Notes: generated by a model from the sequence alone, not told the origin. DNA of 64,000 nucleotides from an uncultured Actinomycetota bacterium (GCA_964426525.1 CAYRQL010000004.1:4720-68719); one strand, 5' to 3'; shown: positions 1-10,074, numbered from the stretch's first letter. Translations and numbers: made by a program.

Positions 1-32
1 TTGAGGATGAGTTAGGTAAAACTGAAAGTCTT

Positions 33-587
33 TTGAAAGAAGTTGCTAAGAAAAAAAGCCTTTCAAAGTTAAAGATTAAGAAATATCAGGAGAGTTTTCT
101 TTTACTGTCTGAAGTTGCCAGGGAAGTTGACTCGTTTTTAAGCTTTCAGTTGAGCTCAGAAGAAGAAAGTAAAATTTTAGCTGATCTTAGCTGGAGTTTG
201 ACTCTTTTGAGTGGCAAACTTGCTGGAAGTTATAACTTGATTTCTATTGGAAAGTTCAAAGAAGCAAAAGAGGGAATTCAACAAGCGAAAACTGAACTAA
301 GTGCCTGCCGAGAGCTAATTAACCAGCTTAAGAGGAGGGTTTCCCTTGGTCTTGAGGAACTAAATAACCACCTTGACAAACTGGGATTTTTGATAAATAT
401 GGCTGAAAGTTTGACAGATAAAAAGGAAATAACCAAAGAGGAAAAAGTAAAGATGGCCAAAATAATGGAGGAAACCCTGGGGCCTTCATTTGATGTTCTC
501 TCTCTTAGCGAATTAAACCGTGATGAGTTGGTTAAGCAGTTGAGTTCGAAACTCAAAGAGGTCGCTCAAAACCTGAACATCCGTTAG
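33..587 (+). CDS. hypothetical alpha-helical / coiled-coil protein, TTG start
   Basis: ORF of 184 aa opening after an in-frame stop at 24-26. It has charged heptad-like composition and I recognise no catalytic motifs. Confidence 0.4.
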   Translation: MKEVAKKKSLSKLKIKKYQESFLLLSEVAREVDSFLSFQLSSEEESKILADLSWSLTLLSGKLAGSYNLISIGKFKEAKEGIQQAKTELSACRELINQLKRRVSLGLEELNNHLDKLGFLINMAESLTDKKEITKEEKVKMAKIMEETLGPSFDVLSLSELNRDELVKQLSSKLKEVAQNLNIR

Positions 588-790
588 CTTCTGAATTTAT
601 CTTCAGCATATTTAGAAGTTCCAGGCCCAACGAGCGAGCTGAATAAATAGGTAAAACAGCTGAAAAGACGCGATAATTATAGTTGACTTCCAAATAAGTT
701 CTTCTTTCATATTTAGAATTTTAAGGGTGGGGTGTGACAAAAAAGGAATTTTTTCGAAATTTTTGAGTTTTAATTTTATAAGTTTTGTTT

Positions 791-1306
791 TTATGTCTTC
801 TTTTTCTTTTTTTCCGGCAGGAGGTATCTTTCCGGATTTAAGTCAAGATCGTAAAATAGCTCAGCTTCTTCTTTTAATTTGTTAGAGGTTGAGCGACCAA
901 AAGCCATAACTTCTACCAGGTGGCCATGGTTTTTCAAATACTCTATCAAATCAACAAAGTCGCCATCGCCTGAGATTAAGACTACAACGTCGAGTTTGGG
1001 AGCCATTTTAATAATGTCCATAGCAATGCCGAGATCCCAATTGGCTTTTCGAGTGCCATCAGGGAAAATTTGAAGGTCTTTAGTTCTTACCTGAAACCCT
1101 GCTCGCAAAAGAGCCTCAAAAAAAGCCTTTTCCTCTTCGAAATCTGTTTTAACTACATAGGCGATAGCTCGTATAAGCTGGCGCTCGGAAACAGCATCTT
1201 CCAATAGACTAGAAAAGTTTACCTTTGAATTATAGAGAGCTCGGGCACTGTAGTATAAATTTTGAACATCAACAAAAACGCCAACTCGCTGGTATGGGTG
1301 TTTCAT
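791..1306 (-). CDS. NYN-domain (LabA-like, PIN-fold) protein
   Basis: 171 aa. The N-terminal 'RVGVFVDVQNLYY' and the 'VVLISGDGDF' aspartate cluster are typical of LabA/NYN RNase-like domains. Confidence 0.7.
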   Translation of the reverse strand: MKHPYQRVGVFVDVQNLYYSARALYNSKVNFSSLLEDAVSERQLIRAIAYVVKTDFEEEKAFFEALLRAGFQVRTKDLQIFPDGTRKANWDLGIAMDIIKMAPKLDVVVLISGDGDFVDLIEYLKNHGHLVEVMAFGRSTSNKLKEEAELFYDLDLNPERYLLPEKKKKKT

Positions 1307-1397
1307 TAGCCTATTTTATCAGATGTTTCTGGTAAGAAGAAGTGTATTGTAAATGTCACCTAAAAATGTTAAAATAGTTACAAGGTGGTGAAGCGGA

Positions 1398-1748
1398 TTG
1401 AAAAAGCTTGTGATAGGCGTCTTTATAGTCTTGGCACTCTTTTCATTCTTTATTTTTATTAGAAAAGGCACGAACAGAGCGGCTGACTTTGAAATAACCA
1501 AAAAGGCTATAGTCACATCTTCTACTAATCGTGCCATTGTAGAAGGTGTGGTTACCAACAAAGGCAAAAATGCCCAGATAGTAATAGTTAAGGCGAGATT
1601 TGAAGATGAAAGCGGTGCAGTTCTCGATGAGCCTTTTGTTTCTCTCAACAACTTTAAAGCCGGAGAAGAAAGAAAATTTAGAATTGAATCGCAGATTGAC
1701 TACTATAAAGTGACTTCTTTTGAAGTTTTTATTGACGCGGCTCAGTAA
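1398..1748 (+). CDS. small membrane-anchored or exported hypothetical protein
   Basis: 116 aa with a TTG start. An N-terminal hydrophobic segment (LVIGVFIVLALFSFFIF) is followed by a beta-rich soluble domain. Confidence 0.45.
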   Translation: MKKLVIGVFIVLALFSFFIFIRKGTNRAADFEITKKAIVTSSTNRAIVEGVVTNKGKNAQIVIVKARFEDESGAVLDEPFVSLNNFKAGEERKFRIESQIDYYKVTSFEVFIDAAQ

Positions 1749-1754
1749 ATTAAG

Positions 1755-1782
1755 CGATATTTTATAGTCGATATTTTATAGT
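1755..1782. repeat. perfect 14-bp tandem duplication (cgatattttatagt x2)
   Basis: Read directly: 1755-1768 and 1769-1782 are identical. Each unit contains a TATAGT -10-like hexamer, and the pair lies about 60 nt upstream of tRNA-Gly. Confidence 0.6.
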
Positions 1783-1841
1783 CTAAAGATTTCTTTGAAG
1801 TTGAATTAAGGCTCGTTCTTTTTTAAAATTTTAAGTTGCGA

Positions 1842-1917
1842 GCGGATGTGGCTCAGTTGGTAGAGCGTCACCTTGCCAAGGTGAAGGCCGCGGGTTCAAG
1901 TCCCGTCATCCGCTCCA
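1842..1917 (+). tRNA. tRNA-Gly (anticodon GCC)
   Basis: Manual cloverleaf: acceptor GCGGATG/CATCCGC, D-arm GCTC..GAGC, anticodon loop TTGCCAA, T-loop TTCAAGT, encoded CCA. Length 76 nt. Confidence 0.85.
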
Positions 1918-2283
1918 TTTTTTTGAAGCTTTCTATTTAGCGTTTTTTTGGGAGAAATAGCTATTATCAGTAGAGAAAGATCAGTTAGAGAAAAAATATT
2001 TTTTTTCGGGAAAATTCAGCATTTCTTTTGCAGGAAAGCTCAGTATTTGCAATCACAAACTATTTATTCTCGTATTATCGATAATATGAGGAAATATGTT
2101 TTTAGTTTTTAATTCCAACACGTTCTTACTAAAATGAAAGAAAACTTTTTGCTTTCAGGTTAACTGGTGAAGCAAAGTTTTGATGGCAAAGGGAATTAAG
2201 ATTTGGTTTAATATCAGAACCGATAATTTTATAATTATTTAAAATAAAATTAATTATTTAATGGCTCCTGATTTATTTTAAAA

Positions 2284-2359
2284 GGCGGCGTAGCCAAGAG
2301 GTTAAGGCAGGGGTCTGCAAAATCCCGATTCGGCGGTTCAAATCCGCCCGCCGCCTCCA
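2284..2359 (+). tRNA. tRNA-Cys (anticodon GCA)
   Basis: Acceptor GGCGGCG/CGCCGCC, anticodon stem GGGGT/ATCCC with loop CTGCAAA, T-arm GGCGG-TTCAAAT-CCGCC, encoded CCA. Length 76 nt. Confidence 0.85.
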
Positions 2360-2370
2360 GCGAGGCTAAT

Positions 2371-3549
2371 TTGGATAAAACAGTGGTTTCAAAAAGCAGA
2401 GGTTATCGGAATATTTTGTTGCTTGGCTTGACCAGTTTCTTTACTGATGTCTCAACCGAAATGGTTTATCCTATTATTCCTCTTTACCTGGTTACCAAAC
2501 TTGGAGCTACTCCGGCTATTGTTGGACTCATTGAAGGAATAGCAGAAAGCATTGCTAGCTTACTAAAGGTTTTTAGCGGAGCAATTTCGGACCGATTAGG
2601 TCGAAGGAAGCCTTTGGCTGTTTTGGGTTACTCTTTTTCTTTGCTGGGCAAAGTTTTCATTTATTTGGCTTCCAGCTGGGGATTGGTAGGTTTGGGTCGG
2701 TTTGTTGATCGTTTTGGCAAGGGGGTTAGAACTGCTCCAAGAGATGCTTTAATTGCTGATAGTTCCGACCATAGGGAGAGGGGAAAAGCTTATGGTTTGC
2801 ATCGGGCAATGGACACCGCCGGCGCCTTAATTGGAGTTTTATTAGCTTATTTCCTTGTGATTCGCTTGAAAAATGGTTATGAGCCGGTAATTTTGTTTTC
2901 TTTAATTCCAGCTTTTCTTGGTGTAATGGCTTTGCTTTTAGTTAAAGAGATAAATAAACATCGGCATGAGCGTTCAGGGGAAAAGCTCAAAATCAGTTGG
3001 AAAAACTTCTTGCTTCTTGACCGCCGCCTTCAAGCTTTTTTGTTAGTCAGTGCAGTTTTCACTCTTGGCAACTCCTCTAATCAATTTTTAATTTTGCGAG
3101 CTCAGAACTTAAAATTTTCGGTAGCTAATATTCTTTTGCTTTACTTGCTCTTTAATTTTAGTTACGCTTTTTCTTGCTATCCAGCTGGCATTTTGTCTGA
3201 CAAGATTGGACGAAAAGGAATTATCGTTTTTGGCTATTTTTTCTATGGCCTGGTTTATTTAGGTTTTGCTCTTGCTCCTTCAACAGCCTGGATTATTGTT
3301 CTCTTCCTTTTTTACGGTTTTTATATGGGTTTAACCGAAGGGGTGGAGAAAGCTTTTGTTTCTGATTTAGCCCCAGTCTCCCAGAGAGCGACCTTGCTTG
3401 GCTTTCATGCAACCATTGTTGGCCTGGGTCTTTTTCCGGCTTCTTTAATTGCTGGGCTTCTATGGAATTTCATAGGTCCAGCTACTCCTTTCTACTTTGG
3501 TTCGCTGGCTGGTTTCCTTGCTGCAGTTCTTTTTTTAATTTTTATTTAG
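2371..3549 (+). CDS. MFS transporter
   Basis: 392 aa with 12 predicted TM segments. The MFS signature 'GAISDRLGRRKP' lies between TM2 and TM3. The gene starts 12 nt after tRNA-Cys. Confidence 0.8.
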   Translation: MDKTVVSKSRGYRNILLLGLTSFFTDVSTEMVYPIIPLYLVTKLGATPAIVGLIEGIAESIASLLKVFSGAISDRLGRRKPLAVLGYSFSLLGKVFIYLASSWGLVGLGRFVDRFGKGVRTAPRDALIADSSDHRERGKAYGLHRAMDTAGALIGVLLAYFLVIRLKNGYEPVILFSLIPAFLGVMALLLVKEINKHRHERSGEKLKISWKNFLLLDRRLQAFLLVSAVFTLGNSSNQFLILRAQNLKFSVANILLLYLLFNFSYAFSCYPAGILSDKIGRKGIIVFGYFFYGLVYLGFALAPSTAWIIVLFLFYGFYMGLTEGVEKAFVSDLAPVSQRATLLGFHATIVGLGLFPASLIAGLLWNFIGPATPFYFGSLAGFLAAVLFLIFI

Positions 3550-3622
3550 CTTTTTGTTAAAAAGGTTAAGCGATAACAATAGGTAATTTAATTTTTTTCC
3601 TTGTTAAAGTAGAATAATAGCG

Positions 3623-4252
3623 GTGGTTGCAGGAAAGACCATAAAGAGACTAGGAATTATGGGGGGTACTTTTAACCCCATCCATTATGGGCATCTGGTT
3701 ACTGCTGAAGAGTCTTATTATGATTTCTCGCTTGATATAGTGATATTTATGCCTTCTGGCCATCCACCTCATAAAAAAGATGGAGAAATTGCTTTGGCTG
3801 AGGACCGCTACTTAATGACAGTCATCGCTACTGCTTCTAATCCGCATTTTTTTGTTTCACGCCTGGAAATTGAAAGACCCGGTCCTTCATATGCCATTGA
3901 CACTTTGAGGGAGTTGCATCAGATTTATGGAAAGGATATAGAGTACTTTTTTATAACCGGAGCCGATGCCATTCTGGAGATTTTAACCTGGAAAGATTCG
4001 GAAAAAATCTACGAGATGTGTTCTTTTATTGCTGCTACTCGCCCAGGCTATTCACTAGAAAAATTTAAAGAACTCTCTCTGACTTCGCCTGAGAAAAATG
4101 CCAAATTGCCGAAAGTTTATTTTTTGGAAGTCCCGGCTCTGGCTATATCTTCAACCGATATCAGGCAAAGAATTAAAGCCGGTGAACCTATAAGGTATTT
4201 GGTTCCGGATGAGGTGGCAAACTATATTTATAAGAATGGACTTTATCGTTGA
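3623..4252 (+). CDS. nadD: nicotinate-nucleotide adenylyltransferase
   Basis: 'GIMGGTFNPIHYGHL' (H/T-x-G-H nucleotidyltransferase motif) and 'ISSTDIRQRI'. Confidence 0.85.
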   Translation: MVAGKTIKRLGIMGGTFNPIHYGHLVTAEESYYDFSLDIVIFMPSGHPPHKKDGEIALAEDRYLMTVIATASNPHFFVSRLEIERPGPSYAIDTLRELHQIYGKDIEYFFITGADAILEILTWKDSEKIYEMCSFIAATRPGYSLEKFKELSLTSPEKNAKLPKVYFLEVPALAISSTDIRQRIKAGEPIRYLVPDEVANYIYKNGLYR

Positions 4253-4262
4253 GGAAGATTAA

Positions 4263-5261
4263 TTGAAAGTACCTTATTCATCTCGTCGGCGGGTTAGAAA
4301 GTATTTTGGCTCAAGAATTGCCAAAAGGCGAAAAAGAAAAATTGCCCAGCTTGCCACCTTTCTTGTTTTGTTGTTATTAATTGGGTTTTTGTTTACTTTT
4401 ATCAGATTGCCAAAGAAAAAAACGGCTGGTTCAGTTAGCGTGTCTGGCCAAAAGGAAAAAAGCAAAACTTTTTTGGTTATTGGCTCGGAAAAAAAAGAGA
4501 AAATTAAGGAGCGATGTAACGGGCTGATTATCGCTTTGTATAATCCTACAAGTCAGGAAATAAACTCTTTCTACATTCCCCCAGAGCTGATACTGGAAAC
4601 TGGTTCTTTTGGTATTGACAGAGTAGAGTCAGTTTTAACTGGTGGGGTGCCGCTGGCAATTTTGAGTGTCAGGAATCTTTTGGGAATTAAAATCGACCAC
4701 TATTTTAAGATTCCAGCAAAAAAGCTCGAAGCCATCATCGCTTCCAGTGAATTTAGTCCTATAAAAGACTCAATCCAAAGTGATTTGACTTTGCGAGAGC
4801 GGAAAGCGTTTGTGGCCAAACTTTCTCGGGTTAAGCTGGAAAATAGCAAACTTCTTTCTCTCCCTTCACAAGAAGTGCGGATAGGCGATGAAAGGTTTTA
4901 CCAACCAGATAGAGATGAGATTGAGCGATTAGTTGTACTTTACTGGGGGCGAGAATTTTCAGTTATTTCTCAGGCACCAAAGGTGATTATTTTAAATGGT
5001 TGTGGTCAGCCTGGGATTGGAGCTAAAGCAGCCGAAAAATTAATAAATGCTGGCTTTAGGGTAATGGATGTGAAAAACGCTAACTCGTTTGATTACCAAA
5101 ACACCATAATTTCGGCTGGGGTAGAAAAGCAAAAATTAGCTGAGGAAGTTAATGAATTATTGGGTGTTGGATTGGTTAAACTTGAAGAAGGCGGGGGAAC
5201 AGTGGTTGACTTGACATTGATTTTAGGCTGGGATTTCGCAAAGGCAGTAAAAGAGAAGTGA
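4263..5261 (+). CDS. LCP/LytR_C-domain membrane-anchored protein
   Basis: N-terminal basic tail plus a TM segment, and a C-terminal 'KVIILNGCGQPGIGAKAAEKLINAGFRV' LytR_C-like domain. It sits between nadD and rsfS, where the HD protein YqeK is usually found. Confidence 0.5.
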   Translation: MKVPYSSRRRVRKYFGSRIAKRRKRKIAQLATFLVLLLLIGFLFTFIRLPKKKTAGSVSVSGQKEKSKTFLVIGSEKKEKIKERCNGLIIALYNPTSQEINSFYIPPELILETGSFGIDRVESVLTGGVPLAILSVRNLLGIKIDHYFKIPAKKLEAIIASSEFSPIKDSIQSDLTLRERKAFVAKLSRVKLENSKLLSLPSQEVRIGDERFYQPDRDEIERLVVLYWGREFSVISQAPKVIILNGCGQPGIGAKAAEKLINAGFRVMDVKNANSFDYQNTIISAGVEKQKLAEEVNELLGVGLVKLEEGGGTVVDLTLILGWDFAKAVKEK

Positions 5262-5277
5262 GGAAGGAGGCGTTTTT

Positions 5278-5634
5278 CTGGGAAGCAAAGAACTTGCTTT
5301 AAAGCTTGCTGAAGAAGTTGAAAGAAAAAAAGCCAAAGACATTGTATTAATAAAAGTTAAAGATTTTCTGTACTTAACTGATTATTTTTTGATTGCTTCG
5401 GTTGGAAGTTCACGTCAAATGCGCTCGATTGTTGAGGCAGTTAGAGGTCAAGCAAAAAATTCGAAAGCACCTTTTGTTAAAGTTGAAGGGAGTGAAAAAT
5501 CAGGCTGGGTTCTTATTGATCTTGGTGAGGTGGTGGTTCATCTTTTTGAGGCTAAGCTTCGAGACTATTATCAACTAGAACGCTTATGGAAAGATGCACC
5601 AACAATTGTTTTTAAGAGGAAAAACGAAGATTGA
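5278..5634 (+). CDS. rsfS: ribosome silencing factor RsfS, apparent CUG start
   Basis: The first canonical start (TTG at 5389) gives only 81 aa. The frame is open from 5251, and upstream in-frame codons encode 'GSKELALKLAEEVERKKAKDIVLIKVKDFLYLTDYFLIAS', which aligns with RsfS N-termini. GGAGG at 5266-5270 lies 7 nt before CTG 5278. The frame has no ATG, GTG or TTG before 5389. Confidence 0.7.
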   Translation: MGSKELALKLAEEVERKKAKDIVLIKVKDFLYLTDYFLIASVGSSRQMRSIVEAVRGQAKNSKAPFVKVEGSEKSGWVLIDLGEVVVHLFEAKLRDYYQLERLWKDAPTIVFKRKNED

Positions 5635-5703
5635 GGAAGTAATGAGGACAAAAGAGGGTAATGTTGTTTTGTTATTAATTTTTCCCAAGAAAGGGGATTT
5701 TTT

Positions 5704-6396
5704 ATGGAGGGAAAGTTAGAACACTTTGATCTTACGGAAGTAATCGCAGCTTTATCAAAAGCTGGTCGTCGAGGCTGTATAAAAATTTCCTATTCTGAAG
5801 GAGAAGGCGAAGTTTATTTTAAAAAAGATTGGTTAACTAAGATAGCAATCAGTCCTAACCCGGTTCCCTTCGGGAATAGACTGGTGAGAAAGAAGGTTAT
5901 AACTCGAGAACAATTAGATGATTTACTAGATGAAAAAACAATAAATGAACTTCCTGAACCATTAGGAGTATTGATGGTTAGAAAGGGCTGGGTTGAAGGA
6001 GAAAAATTAAAAGAATATCTTAAAGAACATGTAAAAGAGTGTTTTTTTCTTCTTTCAACCAAAAAGGATGGAGAATTTGAGGTTTTAGAGAAAGCGGCTG
6101 AACCAGAGGAAGAGCTAATTCAAATTGATGAGCTGGTAGCAGCGATGCAGGAAATGACTGGTAAGATTAAAGAAATTAAAAAAGAAATTTCTTCTATTAG
6201 GACAATTGTAAAAAAGAACTCATTTGCAAAAGCAAGTGACTTATCAGACGATGAAGAAAAACTTTTCTTTTCCTTTCTTGACGGCGAAAAAAGCCTGGAG
6301 GACATTCAGCGGCAAGGAGGTTTTACTGAATACGAAACCTTTGTCTTGGCTTACGAACTTTTAGAAAAAGGGTTTATTGAAGTGGTTAATGATTAA
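5704..6396 (+). CDS. DUF4388-like domain protein
   Basis: The N-terminal 'LEHFDLTEVIAALSKAGRRGCIKI' resembles the DUF4388 (PatA-N-like) signature. The rest is acidic and coiled-coil. Confidence 0.45.
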   Translation: MEGKLEHFDLTEVIAALSKAGRRGCIKISYSEGEGEVYFKKDWLTKIAISPNPVPFGNRLVRKKVITREQLDDLLDEKTINELPEPLGVLMVRKGWVEGEKLKEYLKEHVKECFFLLSTKKDGEFEVLEKAAEPEEELIQIDELVAAMQEMTGKIKEIKKEISSIRTIVKKNSFAKASDLSDDEEKLFFSFLDGEKSLEDIQRQGGFTEYETFVLAYELLEKGFIEVVND

Positions 6397-6496
6397 GTGT
6401 GTAATTTCTTTAAACTTATAGCCTGAATTGACTCGAAAGTGACTTCAACTTATAATTTTATTTCATTCTAAAGGTTAGTTTGAGCTTTAACAGTGT

Positions 6497-6573
6497 GGGG
6501 ACGTAGCTCAGTCTGGGAGAGCGCATCCTTGGCGTGGATGAGGTCGTGGGTTCGAGTCCCATCGTCTCCACCA
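6497..6573 (+). tRNA. tRNA-Ala (anticodon GGC)
   Basis: Acceptor GGGGACG/CGTCTCC with a G3:U70 pair (the Ala identity element), anticodon loop TTGGCGT, T-loop TTCGAGT, encoded CCA. Length 77 nt. Confidence 0.85.
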
Positions 6574-6800
6574 AATTTAACTTTAACGGAATTTGGGGAA
6601 GCGGGGTTAAACTAACCGTGGTATTTGGACTGCTAAACAAAACTTTTCACCAGGCCTAAAATGAAAAATACTTTTTAAGTTTTGTTTATATAGCTCTATG
6701 GAACTTAAAAAGATACTAAAAAGCTTTTTGGTAATTGGGGTTAGATTTAGTTTTTAAGTCTTATTGGGCAATGTTTTAATATTTGGCGAAATTGTCTTAA

Positions 6801-6820
6801 TGTATTAGTATATTAATACA
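6801..6820. promoter_or_regulatory. candidate GntR operator: inverted repeat TGTATTA-N6-TAATACA
   Basis: Perfect 7-bp arms (tgtattagtatattaataca) immediately upstream of the GntR ORF. This is a typical autoregulatory geometry. Confidence 0.4.
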
Positions 6821-7210
6821 GTGTTGATTTTAAAGTCCTTGAGGTTAAGGGTAAATGCAAATTCAGGAGTACCCGTTTACTGGCAGGTGAAAGAGGAGAT
6901 AAATCGCCTGGTGAGCCTGGGGTTGTTAAAAAAAGGAGAGAAGTTGCCTTCGGTGCGAGAATTGGCGGTAGCTTTGCGAGTGAATCCAAACACCATTGCT
7001 AAAGCTTATCAAATTCTAGAAAAAGAAAAGGTAGTGGCCACTCAAAAAGGGAAAGGGACTTTTGTCAGAAAAACTTCGGTTTTAAATAGAAAGAAAAAGA
7101 TTAAAAAACTATTAGAGAAGTTTTTTTTGGAAGTCGAGATGGCTGGTTTCAGCCGTGAGGAGGTGTTAGTTTTGATAAATGAAGAGTTAAAGAAGGGAGG
7201 AAAAAAGTGA
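6821..7210 (+). CDS. GntR-family transcriptional regulator (YtrA-like, short effector domain)
   Basis: Winged HTH: 'VPVYWQVKEEINRLVSLGLLKKGEKLPSVRELAVALRVNPNTIAKAYQILEKEKVV...GKGTFV'. The start could be GTG 6821 or TTG 6839. Confidence 0.75.
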   Translation: MLILKSLRLRVNANSGVPVYWQVKEEINRLVSLGLLKKGEKLPSVRELAVALRVNPNTIAKAYQILEKEKVVATQKGKGTFVRKTSVLNRKKKIKKLLEKFFLEVEMAGFSREEVLVLINEELKKGGKK

Positions 7211-8127
7211 ATGCAATAGTAACAAACAACTTGACCAAAGATTACCCTTCAATTCGTGCTTTAAACTCTCTGAATCTGGAAGTTCCTCGTGGCTCTATAT
7301 TTGGTTTTTTAGGTCCAAATGGGGCTGGCAAAACTACAACTATTAGGCTTTTGTTAGGCTTAATTTTTCCGACTTCGGGGGAAGCAGAGGTGCTGGGAGA
7401 AAATCCGTTTACTTCTTATCAGTACAAGGAAAAAGTTGGTTATGTTTCGGAAAATCGGGTTTTTTATGAGAACTTTAAGGTAGATGAGTTAATTTCTTTT
7501 ACTCAGGGTTGCTATCAAAGCTGGAGTAAGGAAAGAGAAGAGAAGTTGATTAAACTTTTTGATCTACCACTCAATCAGAGAGTTAGGAATCTCTCAAAGG
7601 GAATGAAGTCACAACTGGCTTTTGTTCTTGCTTTTTGTCATCAACCTGAACTTTTAATTCTTGATGAACCAACCGAAGGGATGGACCCTTTAACCCGGCG
7701 AGATTTTTTAACCACCTTATTGAGTGCGGAAGCAATTGAAGAAACCACAGTGTTTATCTCCAGTCATCTCTTAAATGAAGTGGAGAGAGTAGCAGATTGG
7801 GTGGGCTTGCTTCATAAGGGAAAACTTATTCTCAATACAGCTCTGGATGAGCTTAAAGAAACCGAGTTTGAAGTTGAAGTAGCGTTCGCCAAACCCCCCG
7901 TTATAGAAGAAATTAAAAACATTTCCGGGGTAATCTCGGCTGAAAAACAGGGCGAACAGTGGGTATTAGGTTATCAAGGGAAGAAAGAAAAACTCCAATC
8001 TCAGCTTTCTCTTTATGAACCAACTTATTTGAATTTTAACCCATTAAACCTTGAAGAGATTTTCTTTCGTTATGTTGGAGAGGAAAGAGTGGATACAAAG
8101 AGAGGAGGAATTGAAAATGAGGCTTAA
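7207..8127 (+). CDS. ABC transporter ATP-binding protein
   Basis: Walker A 'GPNGAGKTTT', signature 'LSKGMKSQLAF', Walker B 'LLILDEPTEGMD'. The GTG start overlaps the GntR stop (GTGA). Confidence 0.85.
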   Translation: MNAIVTNNLTKDYPSIRALNSLNLEVPRGSIFGFLGPNGAGKTTTIRLLLGLIFPTSGEAEVLGENPFTSYQYKEKVGYVSENRVFYENFKVDELISFTQGCYQSWSKEREEKLIKLFDLPLNQRVRNLSKGMKSQLAFVLAFCHQPELLILDEPTEGMDPLTRRDFLTTLLSAEAIEETTVFISSHLLNEVERVADWVGLLHKGKLILNTALDELKETEFEVEVAFAKPPVIEEIKNISGVISAEKQGEQWVLGYQGKKEKLQSQLSLYEPTYLNFNPLNLEEIFFRYVGEERVDTKRGGIENEA

Positions 8128-8899
8128 CTTGATAAAAAAAGAACTAAAAGAAGTTAAACTGGTTATTCTTGTTTCTCTGGCTTTTCTTATATTAACCGCT
8201 TTTTTGATTCATTTTACTTACCCCTTGATGAAAGAGCTAACTAAACAACCTATTCCTGAAACCCCTTTTTTACCTGAGGACCTATCTCAACAACTTTCGA
8301 TGCTCGCAAATTACCGGGTTTACATCTGGTCGCAGTGGTTTCCCAAAAATCTCCTTCAGGTGCTAATGATAGTGGCTCTAATTTTAGGTGCTTCTGCTTT
8401 AGCTGGAGAGAAATCTCGTAAAACCTGGGAGTTTTTGCTCACCAAACCTTTTAGCCGTAGGGAAATATTCTGGTACAAGATTAAAACGCGCCTGGCAATA
8501 ATTTTTTCTTTAAGTTTTCTTTCATCCGCTTTTTACCTTTTAATTTTGGGTGTTTTTAAGTCTTCAGTTTTTTCTCTCTGGCGAGGTTTTTTTCTGGCAA
8601 GTCTGGCTGTTTTTGGTCTGGTCGCTTTAGTTTTTTCCTTGGCTGTTCTTTTTTCAGCTTTCTCCAGTCGCCCGCTTTACGCTGGGGGTTTTGCATTTTT
8701 TGTTGTTCTTTTGTTTTCCATTATCAGCCCATTAATAGAGAAAAAAATCCCTGACTATTTACGAATTTCTTCACTCACCACTTACCAGGTTTTTTTAAGC
8801 TCCGACTTTCCCCTTCGGGTGTTTTTGATAGTTTTGCTGATAGCAATGATTTTTCAAATAGCTGCGATGTTTTTTTGGGAGAAGCAAGACCTGATTTAA
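8117..8899 (+). CDS. ABC-2 type transporter permease
   Basis: Six hydrophobic segments. ATG at 8117 is preceded by AGAGGAGGA at 8101-8109 and overlaps the ATPase 3' end by 11 nt. Confidence 0.65.
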   Translation: MRLNLIKKELKEVKLVILVSLAFLILTAFLIHFTYPLMKELTKQPIPETPFLPEDLSQQLSMLANYRVYIWSQWFPKNLLQVLMIVALILGASALAGEKSRKTWEFLLTKPFSRREIFWYKIKTRLAIIFSLSFLSSAFYLLILGVFKSSVFSLWRGFFLASLAVFGLVALVFSLAVLFSAFSSRPLYAGGFAFFVVLLFSIISPLIEKKIPDYLRISSLTTYQVFLSSDFPLRVFLIVLLIAMIFQIAAMFFWEKQDLI

Positions 8900-8925
8900 T
8901 ATTCTGATAAGAACCAGTTTTTTGA

Positions 8926-10074
<1,149 letters not shown>

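Noticed and set aside
278-556. Antisense and embedded ORFs from the six-frame track (e.g. 278-556, 879-1073, 1319-1651, 9295-9525, 11611-12282, 13747-14351, 15303-15542, 31501-32604, 33399-33893, 54623-54902, 56817-56999, 61325-61567, 63540-63836)
   Set aside because: Each lies inside or opposite a confidently identified gene, has low-complexity or biased composition, and lacks an RBS or any domain signature.
2148-2176. 7-bp A/T-rich inverted repeat (TTTGCTT...AAGCAAA) in the tRNA spacer
   Set aside because: A weak stem with a 15-nt loop and a poor U-run. It is indistinguishable from chance in an AT-rich spacer.
5393-5578. 61-aa ORF overlapping rsfS in another frame
   Set aside because: A frame-shifted shadow of rsfS.
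6458-6640. Minus-strand 60-aa ORF
   Set aside because: It overlaps tRNA-Ala on the opposite strand.
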